This document shows, one piece after another, positions 1 to 9,559 of a DNA stretch of 40,901 nt. A program made the translations under genes and the position numbers. The notes beneath the pieces are model-generated. The model was not told the origin of the DNA, ran no database searches, and worked only from the letters and a program-made list of their open reading frames with translations. Numbering within the stretch: the first letter of the stretch is position 1; each line of letters starts with the position of its first letter. Source of the DNA: an uncultured Collinsella sp. (GTDB lineage Bacteria; Actinomycetota; Coriobacteriia; Coriobacteriales; Coriobacteriaceae); contig CAADSV010000107.1 in the NCBI GenBank assembly GCA_900751665.1, positions 1-40,901 of the forward strand, in the 5' to 3' direction.

Positions 1-82
1 CAGAAAATGCGGAATGGAAGGGAAGAGGGGGGGGGAGCCAGTCCCCCGGCTCGCCCGCTTTCAATCATGTAAATCGCCGTAT

Positions 83-301
83 CTACCCTGCAGACGAAGA
101 TCCACCATCAACGATTGCTTGCTCGGACTCAGGAATCCCATCGGCACCCGTACTCTGTTCTTGCTCCACCTCTTCGCTGATTGCGGAGGCGGGGGTCGAG
201 CCCTTTGCACCCACGATGTAGGCAGCCCCAAATCCCAACGCAATGGCAATCAAGGTCAAAATCACGTAGACAGGCCAATGGCGCTTAATATACGAAAACA
301 C
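83..301 (-). CDS. Small single-pass membrane protein (72 aa) with acidic tail, hypothetical
   Basis: GTG start with GGAG RBS about 6 nt upstream; hydrophobic stretch WPVYVILTLIAIALGFGAAYIVGA; lies 21 nt after the stop of the large minus-strand ORF, so probably in the same operon. Confidence 0.7.
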   Translation of the reverse strand: MFSYIKRHWPVYVILTLIAIALGFGAAYIVGAKGSTPASAISEEVEQEQSTGADGIPESEQAIVDGGSSSAG

Positions 302-322
302 GTTGACTCCTTAGAGCTCCGT

Positions 323-3300
323 CTACGAACGGCGGATAACCTCGGTCACGACCTCGGATACCGTAGCGATGTTCGTCGGGTTGACATTGTGGGGCAGGTC
401 GTCCTCGGTACGAGCGCAAGCCAGACGCGTGCCGTCCACGCCGGCGATGGTAAGGGCTCGGCGGCTCGCCTCGAGCGCGGCATAGGCATCGGTCTTGGCA
501 TAGGGTATCTCGAGCGCGCCACAATCGACATGGAACGACTTGCAGACCTTGCTGACCAGGTTCATGATGCGGCGATCGCCCTTGAGCAGCTGTTGTTCGC
601 CCTCGACCGTCACAACCGAAAGCCTACCGGCGCCGACGGATTCAAGATTGATGAAGAATACGCCGCGGAGCTTATCGCGATGCGAAGCCAAGAAGGCCTT
701 CATGCCGGCACCATCACAATCCGAGGCGCCCGTTGCCACAAACCAGATATCGTGACCAAGCAGCTCATCATCGCCCATAGAGGCGACAGCCGAGAGCATA
801 TCTTCGGAAGAAGCGCCATCGGAAGACGTAGCGCCACCCTTCCAGCCATCGTTATCGTCCTCGAAGTTATCCCACGAACCGATACCGCGACCGGACTTCT
901 TGGCATCGTAATCGTCTTCGACGCCCAGCCAGTCACTCATGCTGTCCTGCTCGTTTTTCTTTTTACGGCCGAACAGACCACCCAGGCCGCGCTTACGAGA
1001 CTTGGGTGCCGCCGGGGCGGGAGCCGAAATGGTCTCGATCGGCTGCGCGCCCGACGCAACGGGCATAGGAGGCGCAACGGGTGCCGATGTGGGTTCGGGA
1101 CCCTGGGCAGTAGCAAAGGGATCGTTGACCTGTGCGGAGGGGTCGGGAAGGTCGAACAGCGACGTGCGAGACGCAACGTTTGCCTGCTTCATGGACGGCA
1201 GCGACGGATCGGGGACCGAAGCCAGCGGAGACGAGGAAGGTGCAGGCGACGGTGCCGACGCCGGATCGGGAACATTCATCTGCGGACGCGGCGATGCCTG
1301 GGAGGAAATCTGGGCCATAAGGGAATCGACCGTTTCGTCCTGAGTGGGAGCGACATTGGCAACCGTGGCACCGGAACCACTCGGGGTCGGCATGGTGAAA
1401 ATCTGCGTGGAGTAAGGCCTCGACTCATCCGTCTCGGGAGTCTCGGAAACCGCAGGCACTTCCTCCTGCTCGACCTCGGTCGAATCACCTTGATCGGCTG
1501 CCGCGTATTGCTCTTCGTCAGAGTTGGCCTCGACGGACTCGTCCTCGGCGGCATCTTGGATTTCGGCAGCATCAATAGGCTCGTCATCGTCTGCCGCGTC
1601 GCCCTGCTCATCGGAAACAGGAAGGGGCTCGGCAATCGCGGTGCCCTGCTTTTCAAACGTTATCGTGGAATCGAACTGCGCGGCATCAAACGACATGGTG
1701 CTATCGACGTGCTGCTGAGCCTCGAAAGACGTCGTCGCCTCAACAACATCCGCGGACGCCGGTTGCTGGGACTCAAAGGACGTTGTAGCTTCGGCGGCGT
1801 CGACGGGCGCGGACTGCATAGCCTCGTTCTGCTCGAACTCTTGCGCCGCGTGCTCACGTGCCGCCTCGGCTGCCTGCTGCTGAGCGATAGCCTCCTGCTC
1901 GGCAGCCTCGCGTGCGGCAGCGCGCTTCTCCTCGAAATCGTCGACAAATTTCTTGCCCTTTGCAAGCGCACCCTTAAAGAAGTTGGAAGCGCTGGCGCCA
2001 ATCGACGAGAACGCGGATGCAATGTCGGCATGGGGCGTTGCCGCGGGAATCTCGGCCGAGAAATCAGTATCGCTCTCGTAAGACACGCGCCTCGGCTGTT
2101 CAACGTAATCGTCGTCAGACTCGTCCGCAACGTCTTGCGCCGGCGCGGCGGGAGCCAAAATGTCCAGTCCTGCCGCGAGATCGATCGCGGACACCGCCTC
2201 GGGATCGGCAACGGCAGCGGTAACCGCGGCAGACTCATCATCCGCAGTGACAACGGGCGCAGGCTCGGGCTCAAACGTCGGCTCCTCGCCCTCCTCGTAA
2301 TCGAGCGTGCAGGACTCGGGAAGCATTCCGAGCGCACGGATGGCATCCGAACCAAAGCGGATGTTGCCGGCGGCGTTGCGATAGAGCTTGGGCTCGGGCT
2401 CGACCGCGGCAGGTTCCTCCGCCGACTCGGCAGCGGGAACCTCGTCATTGAACTCTTCGGCCTGGACAGCCTGATTCTGATCCTCGGGCACGATAGCGCC
2501 GATCAGCGTCTCGTCGGCAGATGCACCCTCAAAGCCCTCGATCTGCTCGTCGAAAGCCTCACCCTGTTCGGGCTCGGTCTGAGTGTCGGGAGCAATCGGC
2601 TGACCGAACTCGTCCTCGGCGTAGGTAGGCTCTTCGTACTCGATGGTGTTGCCGTAGTCGTTTTGCTGCTGGGCCGCGGCATACTCCGCCGCTGCACGCG
2701 CCATTTCCTCGGCACGACGCTTTTGCTCCCCAAAATAGGTATCGAACGGAACATCGTCGGGAAACTCGTTTTCGCCCTGGAAGGGAGCAACGTTGTCCAT
2801 AACGCCGAGCATAGCGGCGACAGAAGACTTGTTGCACACCGCGCCGGACGTATAGGGAAGAATGTGGCGGTTAGAGATGATGTTTGCCGCGTTGGCAAGC
2901 GCAACGAGGGAAGCGAGGATCGCGACAATCCACAGCAGAACCTTGAGCGCGCCGGGGAGCGGCAGGATGCGCAGGATGGCAACGGCAGCGGGGGCAACCG
3001 TGGCAACGGGCAACAGCTTGGCGATGAGCGCACGATACGAAGCATAGGGCTCGCGGGCGAGCAGCTCAGCACGGGGAGAGTCGTAGTGTGCGACAACGAC
3101 CACCGGGCGGTTGCGCGGAGACGCGAGCGGGCCCGAGGCCTTGTGGTAGGCGATGACATTTTGGCTCACGCCCGTCTTGCCCAGACGCGAAACCACGGGG
3201 TGGCCCGTGCGCTCGAGCACGTAAAGAACGGCACCGACAATGGCCAGCAAGGTGCCGACCAAGCCGATACCGCCGCCGATACCCATCAGCAGGGCGCCGG

Positions 3301-3499
3301 CAAACGCAAGAATACCGGTAACGGCAAACGCCAATCTACTGGGCGCCGGGGCATTGAACTCCTGAACCTCGGGATCAAAGCCGTGGTTGCGGAAGATCTG
3401 AGCGATATCCTCGGCAGCCAAGCGCTCTTCTTCGCTGCATGCCGGCGTAATGCCGGTGTTCTGCAGCAGGTGGTTAATATAGTTCTGGGTGTTCGCCAT
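323..3499 (-). CDS. Membrane M28-family peptidase-like protein (about 1058 aa) with very long acidic low-complexity insertion; probably catalytically degenerate
   Basis: Start placed at ATG 3499 (MANTQ, GGAG RBS) rather than 3649. M28-type segments SQNVIA..VVVVAHYDS, GAVCNKSSVA, IWFVATGASD, FINLESVG, KTDA; two pairs of hydrophobic helices in the N-terminal part. Confidence 0.75.
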   Translation of the reverse strand: MANTQNYINHLLQNTGITPACSEEERLAAEDIAQIFRNHGFDPEVQEFNAPAPSRLAFAVTGILAFAGALLMGIGGGIGLVGTLLAIVGAVLYVLERTGHPVVSRLGKTGVSQNVIAYHKASGPLASPRNRPVVVVAHYDSPRAELLAREPYASYRALIAKLLPVATVAPAAVAILRILPLPGALKVLLWIVAILASLVALANAANIISNRHILPYTSGAVCNKSSVAAMLGVMDNVAPFQGENEFPDDVPFDTYFGEQKRRAEEMARAAAEYAAAQQQNDYGNTIEYEEPTYAEDEFGQPIAPDTQTEPEQGEAFDEQIEGFEGASADETLIGAIVPEDQNQAVQAEEFNDEVPAAESAEEPAAVEPEPKLYRNAAGNIRFGSDAIRALGMLPESCTLDYEEGEEPTFEPEPAPVVTADDESAAVTAAVADPEAVSAIDLAAGLDILAPAAPAQDVADESDDDYVEQPRRVSYESDTDFSAEIPAATPHADIASAFSSIGASASNFFKGALAKGKKFVDDFEEKRAAAREAAEQEAIAQQQAAEAAREHAAQEFEQNEAMQSAPVDAAEATTSFESQQPASADVVEATTSFEAQQHVDSTMSFDAAQFDSTITFEKQGTAIAEPLPVSDEQGDAADDDEPIDAAEIQDAAEDESVEANSDEEQYAAADQGDSTEVEQEEVPAVSETPETDESRPYSTQIFTMPTPSGSGATVANVAPTQDETVDSLMAQISSQASPRPQMNVPDPASAPSPAPSSSPLASVPDPSLPSMKQANVASRTSLFDLPDPSAQVNDPFATAQGPEPTSAPVAPPMPVASGAQPIETISAPAPAAPKSRKRGLGGLFGRKKKNEQDSMSDWLGVEDDYDAKKSGRGIGSWDNFEDDNDGWKGGATSSDGASSEDMLSAVASMGDDELLGHDIWFVATGASDCDGAGMKAFLASHRDKLRGVFFINLESVGAGRLSVVTVEGEQQLLKGDRRIMNLVSKVCKSFHVDCGALEIPYAKTDAYAALEASRRALTIAGVDGTRLACARTEDDLPHNVNPTNIATVSEVVTEVIRRS

Positions 3500-3697
3500 G
3501 TGCGCTCCACATCCATAATCCGACAAATAGGCCCAATGCATGCACATTAGAACCGTATATAGTCGAAAGTATACCCCGAGCGAGCGCAAACGACCGAATT
3601 CGGGCCATCTTAACGCCCCGAGCGGACAAGGATATAGCCTAATCTCCATATCGGACTAAAATCATGGCAGCAAACCACCTTCTCATGCGAGGACTCT

Positions 3698-4720
3698 ATG
3701 ACGGCAAGCGACGCGACCGCGACAATTAAAAAGGGGAATTCGGAGCCCAGTTTCGATAAAACGGCTCAGCGCATCCTCAATCTTTTCTTTGTGCTCAATA
3801 GCTCCCCCGAACCGCTGACGACCGAGCAGATCGTCTTGGATTCTGACCTGGGATATGGCTCGGGCAACATCGACTCGGATAAGCGAAAGTTTCGGCGCGA
3901 TCGTGACAAACTGCTCGAGCGTGGCATCTTAATCAAGGAGGTTCGCCCCGCCGGCGCGCAGGAGACCGAGGAAAGCTCGTGGACAATCGACCGCGAGCAC
4001 ACCTTTGCAGCAGGCGGCCTCATCACCGCAGACGATGCCGACATCCTGCTCAATGCCATCGACCAGACACTCGCAGCAGGCTCATCCACCTTTGCCGCGC
4101 CGCTTGCCGACATTCGCTCCAAGATTGCCTACCTCACCGGCATGTCGACGACAGGAGAGGCACCGATCCGCCGCTCTCCCGCCGTCGATGCGGTATGGAG
4201 TGCCTTTGCCGAGCGTTGCGCGCTGCGCTTTTTGTACCAAAACGGACGCGGCGAGCAACGCGAGCGGACCGTTTGCGTCTACGGCATGTTCGAGCGCGAG
4301 GGCACGGCATACTTCTGCGGCCTCGACAATGCCACCGACGACATCAGGACATTCCGCTGCGACCGTATCGTTCGCGCCTGGAGACCTTCGAAGGCCTACG
4401 CCATTCCTGCGGATTTCAACCTCAACGATTACTTATTCTTTGAGTTTGATTTTGCCGACCGCCCACCCGTTGCGGCTACGTTCTCGTTCGCGCGTGAAGC
4501 GCAGGCTGATATGATCAGCGGTCTCACACGCGGACGAGGCGAACTCACGCGCACCGAAGCAGAGTGGACCTGGACCGTTGACGTGCGCGACTTTGAAGCC
4601 GCAGCCTCGTTTTGCATGGCCCATGCCATGGATGGCATGAGGCCCGTCGCCCCCGATGCTCTCAAGCGGGCGTGGAATCACCTCATCGAAAGGACGGTGC
4701 ACAAGCATGCCCGTGCGTAA
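3698..4720 (+). CDS. pafB: WYL-domain transcriptional regulator, PafB-like (wHTH-WYL-WCX)
   Basis: N-terminal QRILNLFFVL...KRKFRRDRDKLLERGI resembles the PafB HTH; WYL core FLYQNGRGEQRERTV..AYFCGLD..IRTFRCDRI; GAGGA RBS. Confidence 0.75.
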   Translation: MTASDATATIKKGNSEPSFDKTAQRILNLFFVLNSSPEPLTTEQIVLDSDLGYGSGNIDSDKRKFRRDRDKLLERGILIKEVRPAGAQETEESSWTIDREHTFAAGGLITADDADILLNAIDQTLAAGSSTFAAPLADIRSKIAYLTGMSTTGEAPIRRSPAVDAVWSAFAERCALRFLYQNGRGEQRERTVCVYGMFEREGTAYFCGLDNATDDIRTFRCDRIVRAWRPSKAYAIPADFNLNDYLFFEFDFADRPPVAATFSFAREAQADMISGLTRGRGELTRTEAEWTWTVDVRDFEAAASFCMAHAMDGMRPVAPDALKRAWNHLIERTVHKHARA

Positions 4721-5624
4721 ACTCACCAGCGAGCAAAGACTCTCGCGCGCCATCGACATCATGGAGGCCCTCTACGCCGCCGGCGAGAATGGCATGACAC
4801 GAGACGAGCTTTGCAGCCGCTTTGATATCACGGGGGCATCGCTCGACGAGATTCTCGAGATCGTCTCGACGCTTGCGGACCGGGAATCGGGCGCACGTAT
4901 TATCTGCGAACGCCGTGGCGAGTGCGTGGTCCTCATCGGTGATGCGGGGCGCGTGCTGCCGCTGCGTCTGAGTGCCGCCGAGGGCGCTGTGCTCAATCAT
5001 GAACTTGAATCGTTGGGGATCGATCCCCAGGCGGCAGCTCGGATTCGACATGCCCTTCTACCCGAAGAGCTTGGCTATAACCAGCGCGTCTTTGACACCG
5101 TCAACCACGGGTCGCACTGGCAGCAGCTGAGCTGCGCCATTCGGGACGGCGTTCGCTGCCGCATCTCGTATCGCTCGATGGATGACGCACAAGCGCGCGA
5201 GCGTTTGGTCGACCCCTTGCGCATCACAACAAACGGCGACCAAACGTATCTGATTGCCTGGGATGTCGCGGTCGACGAACAGCGTACCTACCGCATGGAT
5301 AAAATCGAGGGCCTGGTCTTGACCGACGACTCCGTCGTGTGCCACGCACCGGAGCCCGCGACCCTCCATGACTCCCTCGCCCAGGCGGAGCGGAGCGCGA
5401 AGCTTCTCATGCCGTGCGCCTTGGCAGAGCGCCTAGACTGGCCCGGCATCATGTCGATTGAACCCAATGGGGCGGACAGCTCAACAGTGAATGTGCGCTA
5501 CGGCTCCGAGCGCTGGCTGTTAAGCCAGTTAATCGCAGCGGGCGGGGCCATCCGCATCCTGGATGACCCCGCCCTGTCAGAGCGTCTGTGCGATATGGCA
5601 AAATCCCTCGTCTGTCCGCTTTAG
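4707..5624 (+). CDS. pafC: WYL-domain transcriptional regulator, PafC-like
   Basis: ATG at 4707 overlaps the previous gene by 14 nt; ISYRS..RERLVDPLRI..TYLIAWD..RTYRMDKI WYL core and WLLSQLIAAGGAIRILDDP WCX-like tail. Confidence 0.75.
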   Translation: MPVRKLTSEQRLSRAIDIMEALYAAGENGMTRDELCSRFDITGASLDEILEIVSTLADRESGARIICERRGECVVLIGDAGRVLPLRLSAAEGAVLNHELESLGIDPQAAARIRHALLPEELGYNQRVFDTVNHGSHWQQLSCAIRDGVRCRISYRSMDDAQARERLVDPLRITTNGDQTYLIAWDVAVDEQRTYRMDKIEGLVLTDDSVVCHAPEPATLHDSLAQAERSAKLLMPCALAERLDWPGIMSIEPNGADSSTVNVRYGSERWLLSQLIAAGGAIRILDDPALSERLCDMAKSLVCPL

Positions 5625-8515
5625 CGGCGCCGCTCGTGGCGGGCGCGCCACAGCTGTAGATAGTGCCCGATTTGTGCCGACTCGATGCGCTGATAGGAGC
5701 TCGTGGGCAGCGACGTTAAGAACTTCTTTCCGTAGCCCTTCGTCACCAGGCGCGGGTCGGCCAGAATCAGCACGCCGCAATCGGTCGACGAGCGGATAAG
5801 GCGGCCGGCCGCCTGCTTGACCTCGAGCACCGCCTCGGGAAGCGAATAGCGCGCCCAAGCGCGGTCTTCGCGCAGGCTGCGCTCGCACGAGAGCGGGTCC
5901 GTGGGACTCGAGAACGGCAGTTTGGGAATGATGACGCAGCGCAGCGTCTCGCCGCTGGCGTCGAATCCCTCCCAAAAGGCCTTAAGAGCAAAAAGCGACG
6001 AGGTCGGCTCGTTGATAAACCGGTCGCGCAGGCGACGAGGAGATGAGTTGCGCTGCTGGCAGTTGAGCTCCAGACCCGCACGGGCCATCTTGGGCTCAAC
6101 GCGGGCGTACAGGTCTTCCATGTCGCGCCGATTGGTGAACAGTGTGAGCACCGATCCGCCCATGGCAAGATGGGCGTCGACCAGCACGCGCTCGAGCGCC
6201 GTAAGATAGCTCTCACGATCGCGCGGATCGGGGATATCGCCCGCAACGACTACAGCCATGTTCGAATCGAAGTCGTAGCTCGAGTCCAAGTGCAACGATG
6301 AGGATGTTGAAGCACCGATGCGATCGAGGCCGACCGCGTGGTTAAAGTGTTCAAAGCTTTTGGACACCGTCATGGTCGCCGAGGCAAAGATAGCCGTGTG
6401 AACCTCGGGCAGCCACTCGGTTGCCAAGGCCTCGCCAATGTCGATGCGCTCTGCGGTCATTGACTCTCCGCCGGCGCGCAACCTGCGATTGACCTGCAGC
6501 GAATACACGTAGTGTTCATCGGTGCCATCAATGATGAGTTTGAGGTTCTCGGCCAGCTCGTGTAGGCGGCGCGAGATATCACCCAGGTCGACAACAACCT
6601 CGGGCTTGTCGGCGGCGACGGCTTGCACCAGCGCGTCGACGCTCTTGTCAGCTTGTTCCAATGCGTCGATGGCAGTGTAGGCCGACGGTAAGAAATCATG
6701 CCAGTCGTCAGATTCGCGCAGCTCGGGGCCAATCCATAGATTGGCATTGTCATAACCCCCACGGGCACGGCGGCCGAGCTCGCGAACGCCATCGAACACG
6801 TCGGCGATTGCCATGCTCGCGCGCGCAACCGTCGACGTCGCCTTGGCAGTAAGGCCCAGATAGAGCGTAGAGCCCTCGGAGGTTGCCAAATCACGGGAAA
6901 CCTGGCTTAGCGCGCCGGTGCTCGAGCCACCCAGGCGCTCAAACAGAACGCGTGATTCGTCCGCCGACACCACGCGCGCCCATTGACGACGCGCCTCGCG
7001 CTCGATGGAGTGGGCCTCATCGATTACCCAATGGCGAATCGGAGGCAAGATTCTGCCCTCGGCCGCAACATTGCGGAACAGCAGGGAATGGTTGGTGACC
7101 ACCACATCGGCATGCGCCGCGCGACGGCGGGCGCCGTGGACCAGGCATTTATCGGGGAAAAACGGGCATAGGCGACGGGCGCACTCGCGTGAGGCCGTCG
7201 TAAAGTCGGGACGGTTGACGCTGCGCCAGCGAATGCCGAGCGAGTCGAGGTCGCCATCGGCCGACTGACACACGTACGCCATGATGACCGCGACTGCCGT
7301 AAGCGTGTCGGCAGGATCACGCTTAGTCGTAATTTCGACTTGGCTACGGCTCATACGCTCAAGCTTGCGCAAGCATGGATAGTGGTCATAGCCCTTGAGG
7401 GCGCAAAACGATAGGCCTCCGTCCAGTTGCTCGGCAAGTTTGGGCAGCTCATGATACATGAGCTGGTCGGCAAGATTATTCGATTTAGTCGCGATACCAA
7501 CCGTGATGTTGTTGCGGCGCGCGGCCTCGGCAAAAGGCACCAGGTAAGCCATCGATTTGCCGACGCCCGTCCCCGCCTCAATCACGCGATGCGTTCCCGT
7601 AACGAGTGCGTCACGGACCTCGAGCGCCATCGCGATCTGCTCATCGCGCGGCTCGTACGTGGGGTACATGCGATTAACCAGGCCGCCCGGGGCATAGTCC
7701 GCCTCGATTTCCTCGCGACTCGGCATCTTAAGGACCGGTAGCTCGTCCGCATCAACGCGATCATCGGCCCGATCGGCCTTGAGTACGTCGGCGCGGGCGG
7801 CGCTGAGAGAGAAGATGGAACCGGGGTTCTGTCCCGCCAAGAACGAGAAGATGGGACGATAGGACCAGGGTACGTCGGGATGCATGTCGGCCAGGCGCGC
7901 CATTAAGCCCTGAGGCAAGTCGGTGAGTGCCACGAGCAACACGCGCCATACGCCACACAGGGCGTCGACATCGGCGTTGGCGCGATGCGACACCGAATTG
8001 CAGCCAAACAGGTCGGCCATAAAAGACAGCTTATGCGAGGCCAGGCGCGGAAGCGCGATGCGCGACAGCGCCAGCGAATCGATCCAGATGTCGCTGACGT
8101 TGACACCGCCCTTGACCGACTCGATAAACGAACGGTCGAAGGTGGCGTTATGCGCAATCCCCGGGCAGCCGCCGACAAAATCGGCGAGAGCGGCCACGGC
8201 CTCGACGGCCGATGGGGCATCTGCCACATCGGCGTTTGTAATGCTCGTGAGTTCGGTAATCTCGGCGGGAATCAGCTGCTTGGGATGCACGAAGGTATCG
8301 AACCGATCGACGATCTCGCGGCCCGAAAGGCGGGCCGCCGATATCTCGATAAGCTCGTTGTCCTGCACCGAAAGACCTGTGGTCTCGGTATCGAGGACGA
8401 TAACATCTTCCTCGATGAGACCAAACGATTGGGTTTTGGCGCGCTCGGCGAGCGTGGCATAGGAGTCGATGACAAACTGCGGCGTTCCTGACGAAACCGC
8501 GTCCTCGATTAGCAT
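5621..8515 (-). CDS. dinG: DnaQ-like 3'-5' exonuclease fused to DinG/XPD-family Fe-S helicase
   Basis: DEDDh motifs VLDTETTG, AHNATFD, HRANADV; Walker A EAGTGVGKS; DEAH box; four Cys (YPC, REC..LCP..KC); motif VI QAAGRLIRS. Confidence 0.9.
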   Translation of the reverse strand: MLIEDAVSSGTPQFVIDSYATLAERAKTQSFGLIEEDVIVLDTETTGLSVQDNELIEISAARLSGREIVDRFDTFVHPKQLIPAEITELTSITNADVADAPSAVEAVAALADFVGGCPGIAHNATFDRSFIESVKGGVNVSDIWIDSLALSRIALPRLASHKLSFMADLFGCNSVSHRANADVDALCGVWRVLLVALTDLPQGLMARLADMHPDVPWSYRPIFSFLAGQNPGSIFSLSAARADVLKADRADDRVDADELPVLKMPSREEIEADYAPGGLVNRMYPTYEPRDEQIAMALEVRDALVTGTHRVIEAGTGVGKSMAYLVPFAEAARRNNITVGIATKSNNLADQLMYHELPKLAEQLDGGLSFCALKGYDHYPCLRKLERMSRSQVEITTKRDPADTLTAVAVIMAYVCQSADGDLDSLGIRWRSVNRPDFTTASRECARRLCPFFPDKCLVHGARRRAAHADVVVTNHSLLFRNVAAEGRILPPIRHWVIDEAHSIEREARRQWARVVSADESRVLFERLGGSSTGALSQVSRDLATSEGSTLYLGLTAKATSTVARASMAIADVFDGVRELGRRARGGYDNANLWIGPELRESDDWHDFLPSAYTAIDALEQADKSVDALVQAVAADKPEVVVDLGDISRRLHELAENLKLIIDGTDEHYVYSLQVNRRLRAGGESMTAERIDIGEALATEWLPEVHTAIFASATMTVSKSFEHFNHAVGLDRIGASTSSSLHLDSSYDFDSNMAVVVAGDIPDPRDRESYLTALERVLVDAHLAMGGSVLTLFTNRRDMEDLYARVEPKMARAGLELNCQQRNSSPRRLRDRFINEPTSSLFALKAFWEGFDASGETLRCVIIPKLPFSSPTDPLSCERSLREDRAWARYSLPEAVLEVKQAAGRLIRSSTDCGVLILADPRLVTKGYGKKFLTSLPTSSYQRIESAQIGHYLQLWRARHERRR

Positions 8516-9474
8516 GCAATGCCCGCTCGACGAAGACCCATACGGATCAGGCTGTCACAGACCTGCGGGAACGTCATGTCGTCGGTGTGGCGGACCTCAT
8601 CCGGATACAGCGACGTATCGGTCATGCCGGGAATCGTGTTGGTCTCGAGGATGACGGGGCCGTCCTCGCTCACGATAAAGTCACTGCGCGAGATACCCAG
8701 GCAGCCGAGTGCCTTATGGGCAGCACAGGCGAGCTCCTGGGCACGAGCGTAGTTCTCGGGCGAAATCTGTGCCGGAATGCGGTGGATATCCGTGGGGTCA
8801 ACATACTTCACGTCAAGATCGTAGAACTCGCAGTCCTCGGGCTTACGAATCTCGACAATCGGCAGAGCGCGCACGTCGTCCTCACCGTACACGCCAACGG
8901 TGATTTCAGTTCCCTCGATACACTTCTCGACCAGCACTTTGTCGCCGTACTCGAACGCCTTGGCGATCGCCGCGGGCAGCTCGGAGGGTTCATGGACCAG
9001 GGAAATGCCATAGCTGGAACCGTTTACGGCCGGCTTCACAAAGCAGCGCTCGCCACAAACCTCAACGATATGATCGATATCGACTTCATCGCCCACTTCG
9101 AGCGCAAGGCCGGGGGCAACGGGAATGCCTGCCCTGGCGTACAGGAGCTTCGAGACCTCCTTGTCGGCACCGCAGGCGCTCGCGAGCACGCCCGACGCCG
9201 TGTAGGGGATACCCAGGGTTTCCATGGCACCCTGCATGGCACCATCCTCACCGCCGGCGCCGTGCATGGCGATAAACGCCACGTCAAAGCTGCCAGTCGC
9301 CATGGTTACCATAAAATCATCGGCAGCCGTGTCAAGTAGCTCCACCGAAGTGTAGCCGGCCTCCTTCAAGGCCACCACGACGTTCTTTCCCGAATTGAGC
9401 GAGATCTCGCGCTCAGCGGAATGACCGCCCGCCAAGACCGCTACGTGCATGTTCTCTAGGCTTTTACCCGGCAT
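8509..9474 (-). CDS. ddl: D-alanine--D-alanine ligase
   Basis: GGHSAEREISL, HGAGGEDG, KPAVNGSSYG, ETNTIPGMT motifs; GAGGAGGAG RBS; overlaps the dinG start by 7 nt. Confidence 0.93.
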   Translation of the reverse strand: MPGKSLENMHVAVLAGGHSAEREISLNSGKNVVVALKEAGYTSVELLDTAADDFMVTMATGSFDVAFIAMHGAGGEDGAMQGAMETLGIPYTASGVLASACGADKEVSKLLYARAGIPVAPGLALEVGDEVDIDHIVEVCGERCFVKPAVNGSSYGISLVHEPSELPAAIAKAFEYGDKVLVEKCIEGTEITVGVYGEDDVRALPIVEIRKPEDCEFYDLDVKYVDPTDIHRIPAQISPENYARAQELACAAHKALGCLGISRSDFIVSEDGPVILETNTIPGMTDTSLYPDEVRHTDDMTFPQVCDSLIRMGLRRAGIAC

Positions 9475-9559
9475 GGGCAGACTCCTCCTCTATAATTTCT
9501 GCAGCTGATACCATATTGTAGCGATACCCTCTACGTTTCCCCAAAATCGAAAGGCTTCC

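Noticed and set aside
14..3550. 1178-aa plus-strand ORF
   Set aside because: Antisense shadow of the M28-like gene. It is R/G/L-rich with no motifs, as expected from GC-rich codon bias on the other strand.
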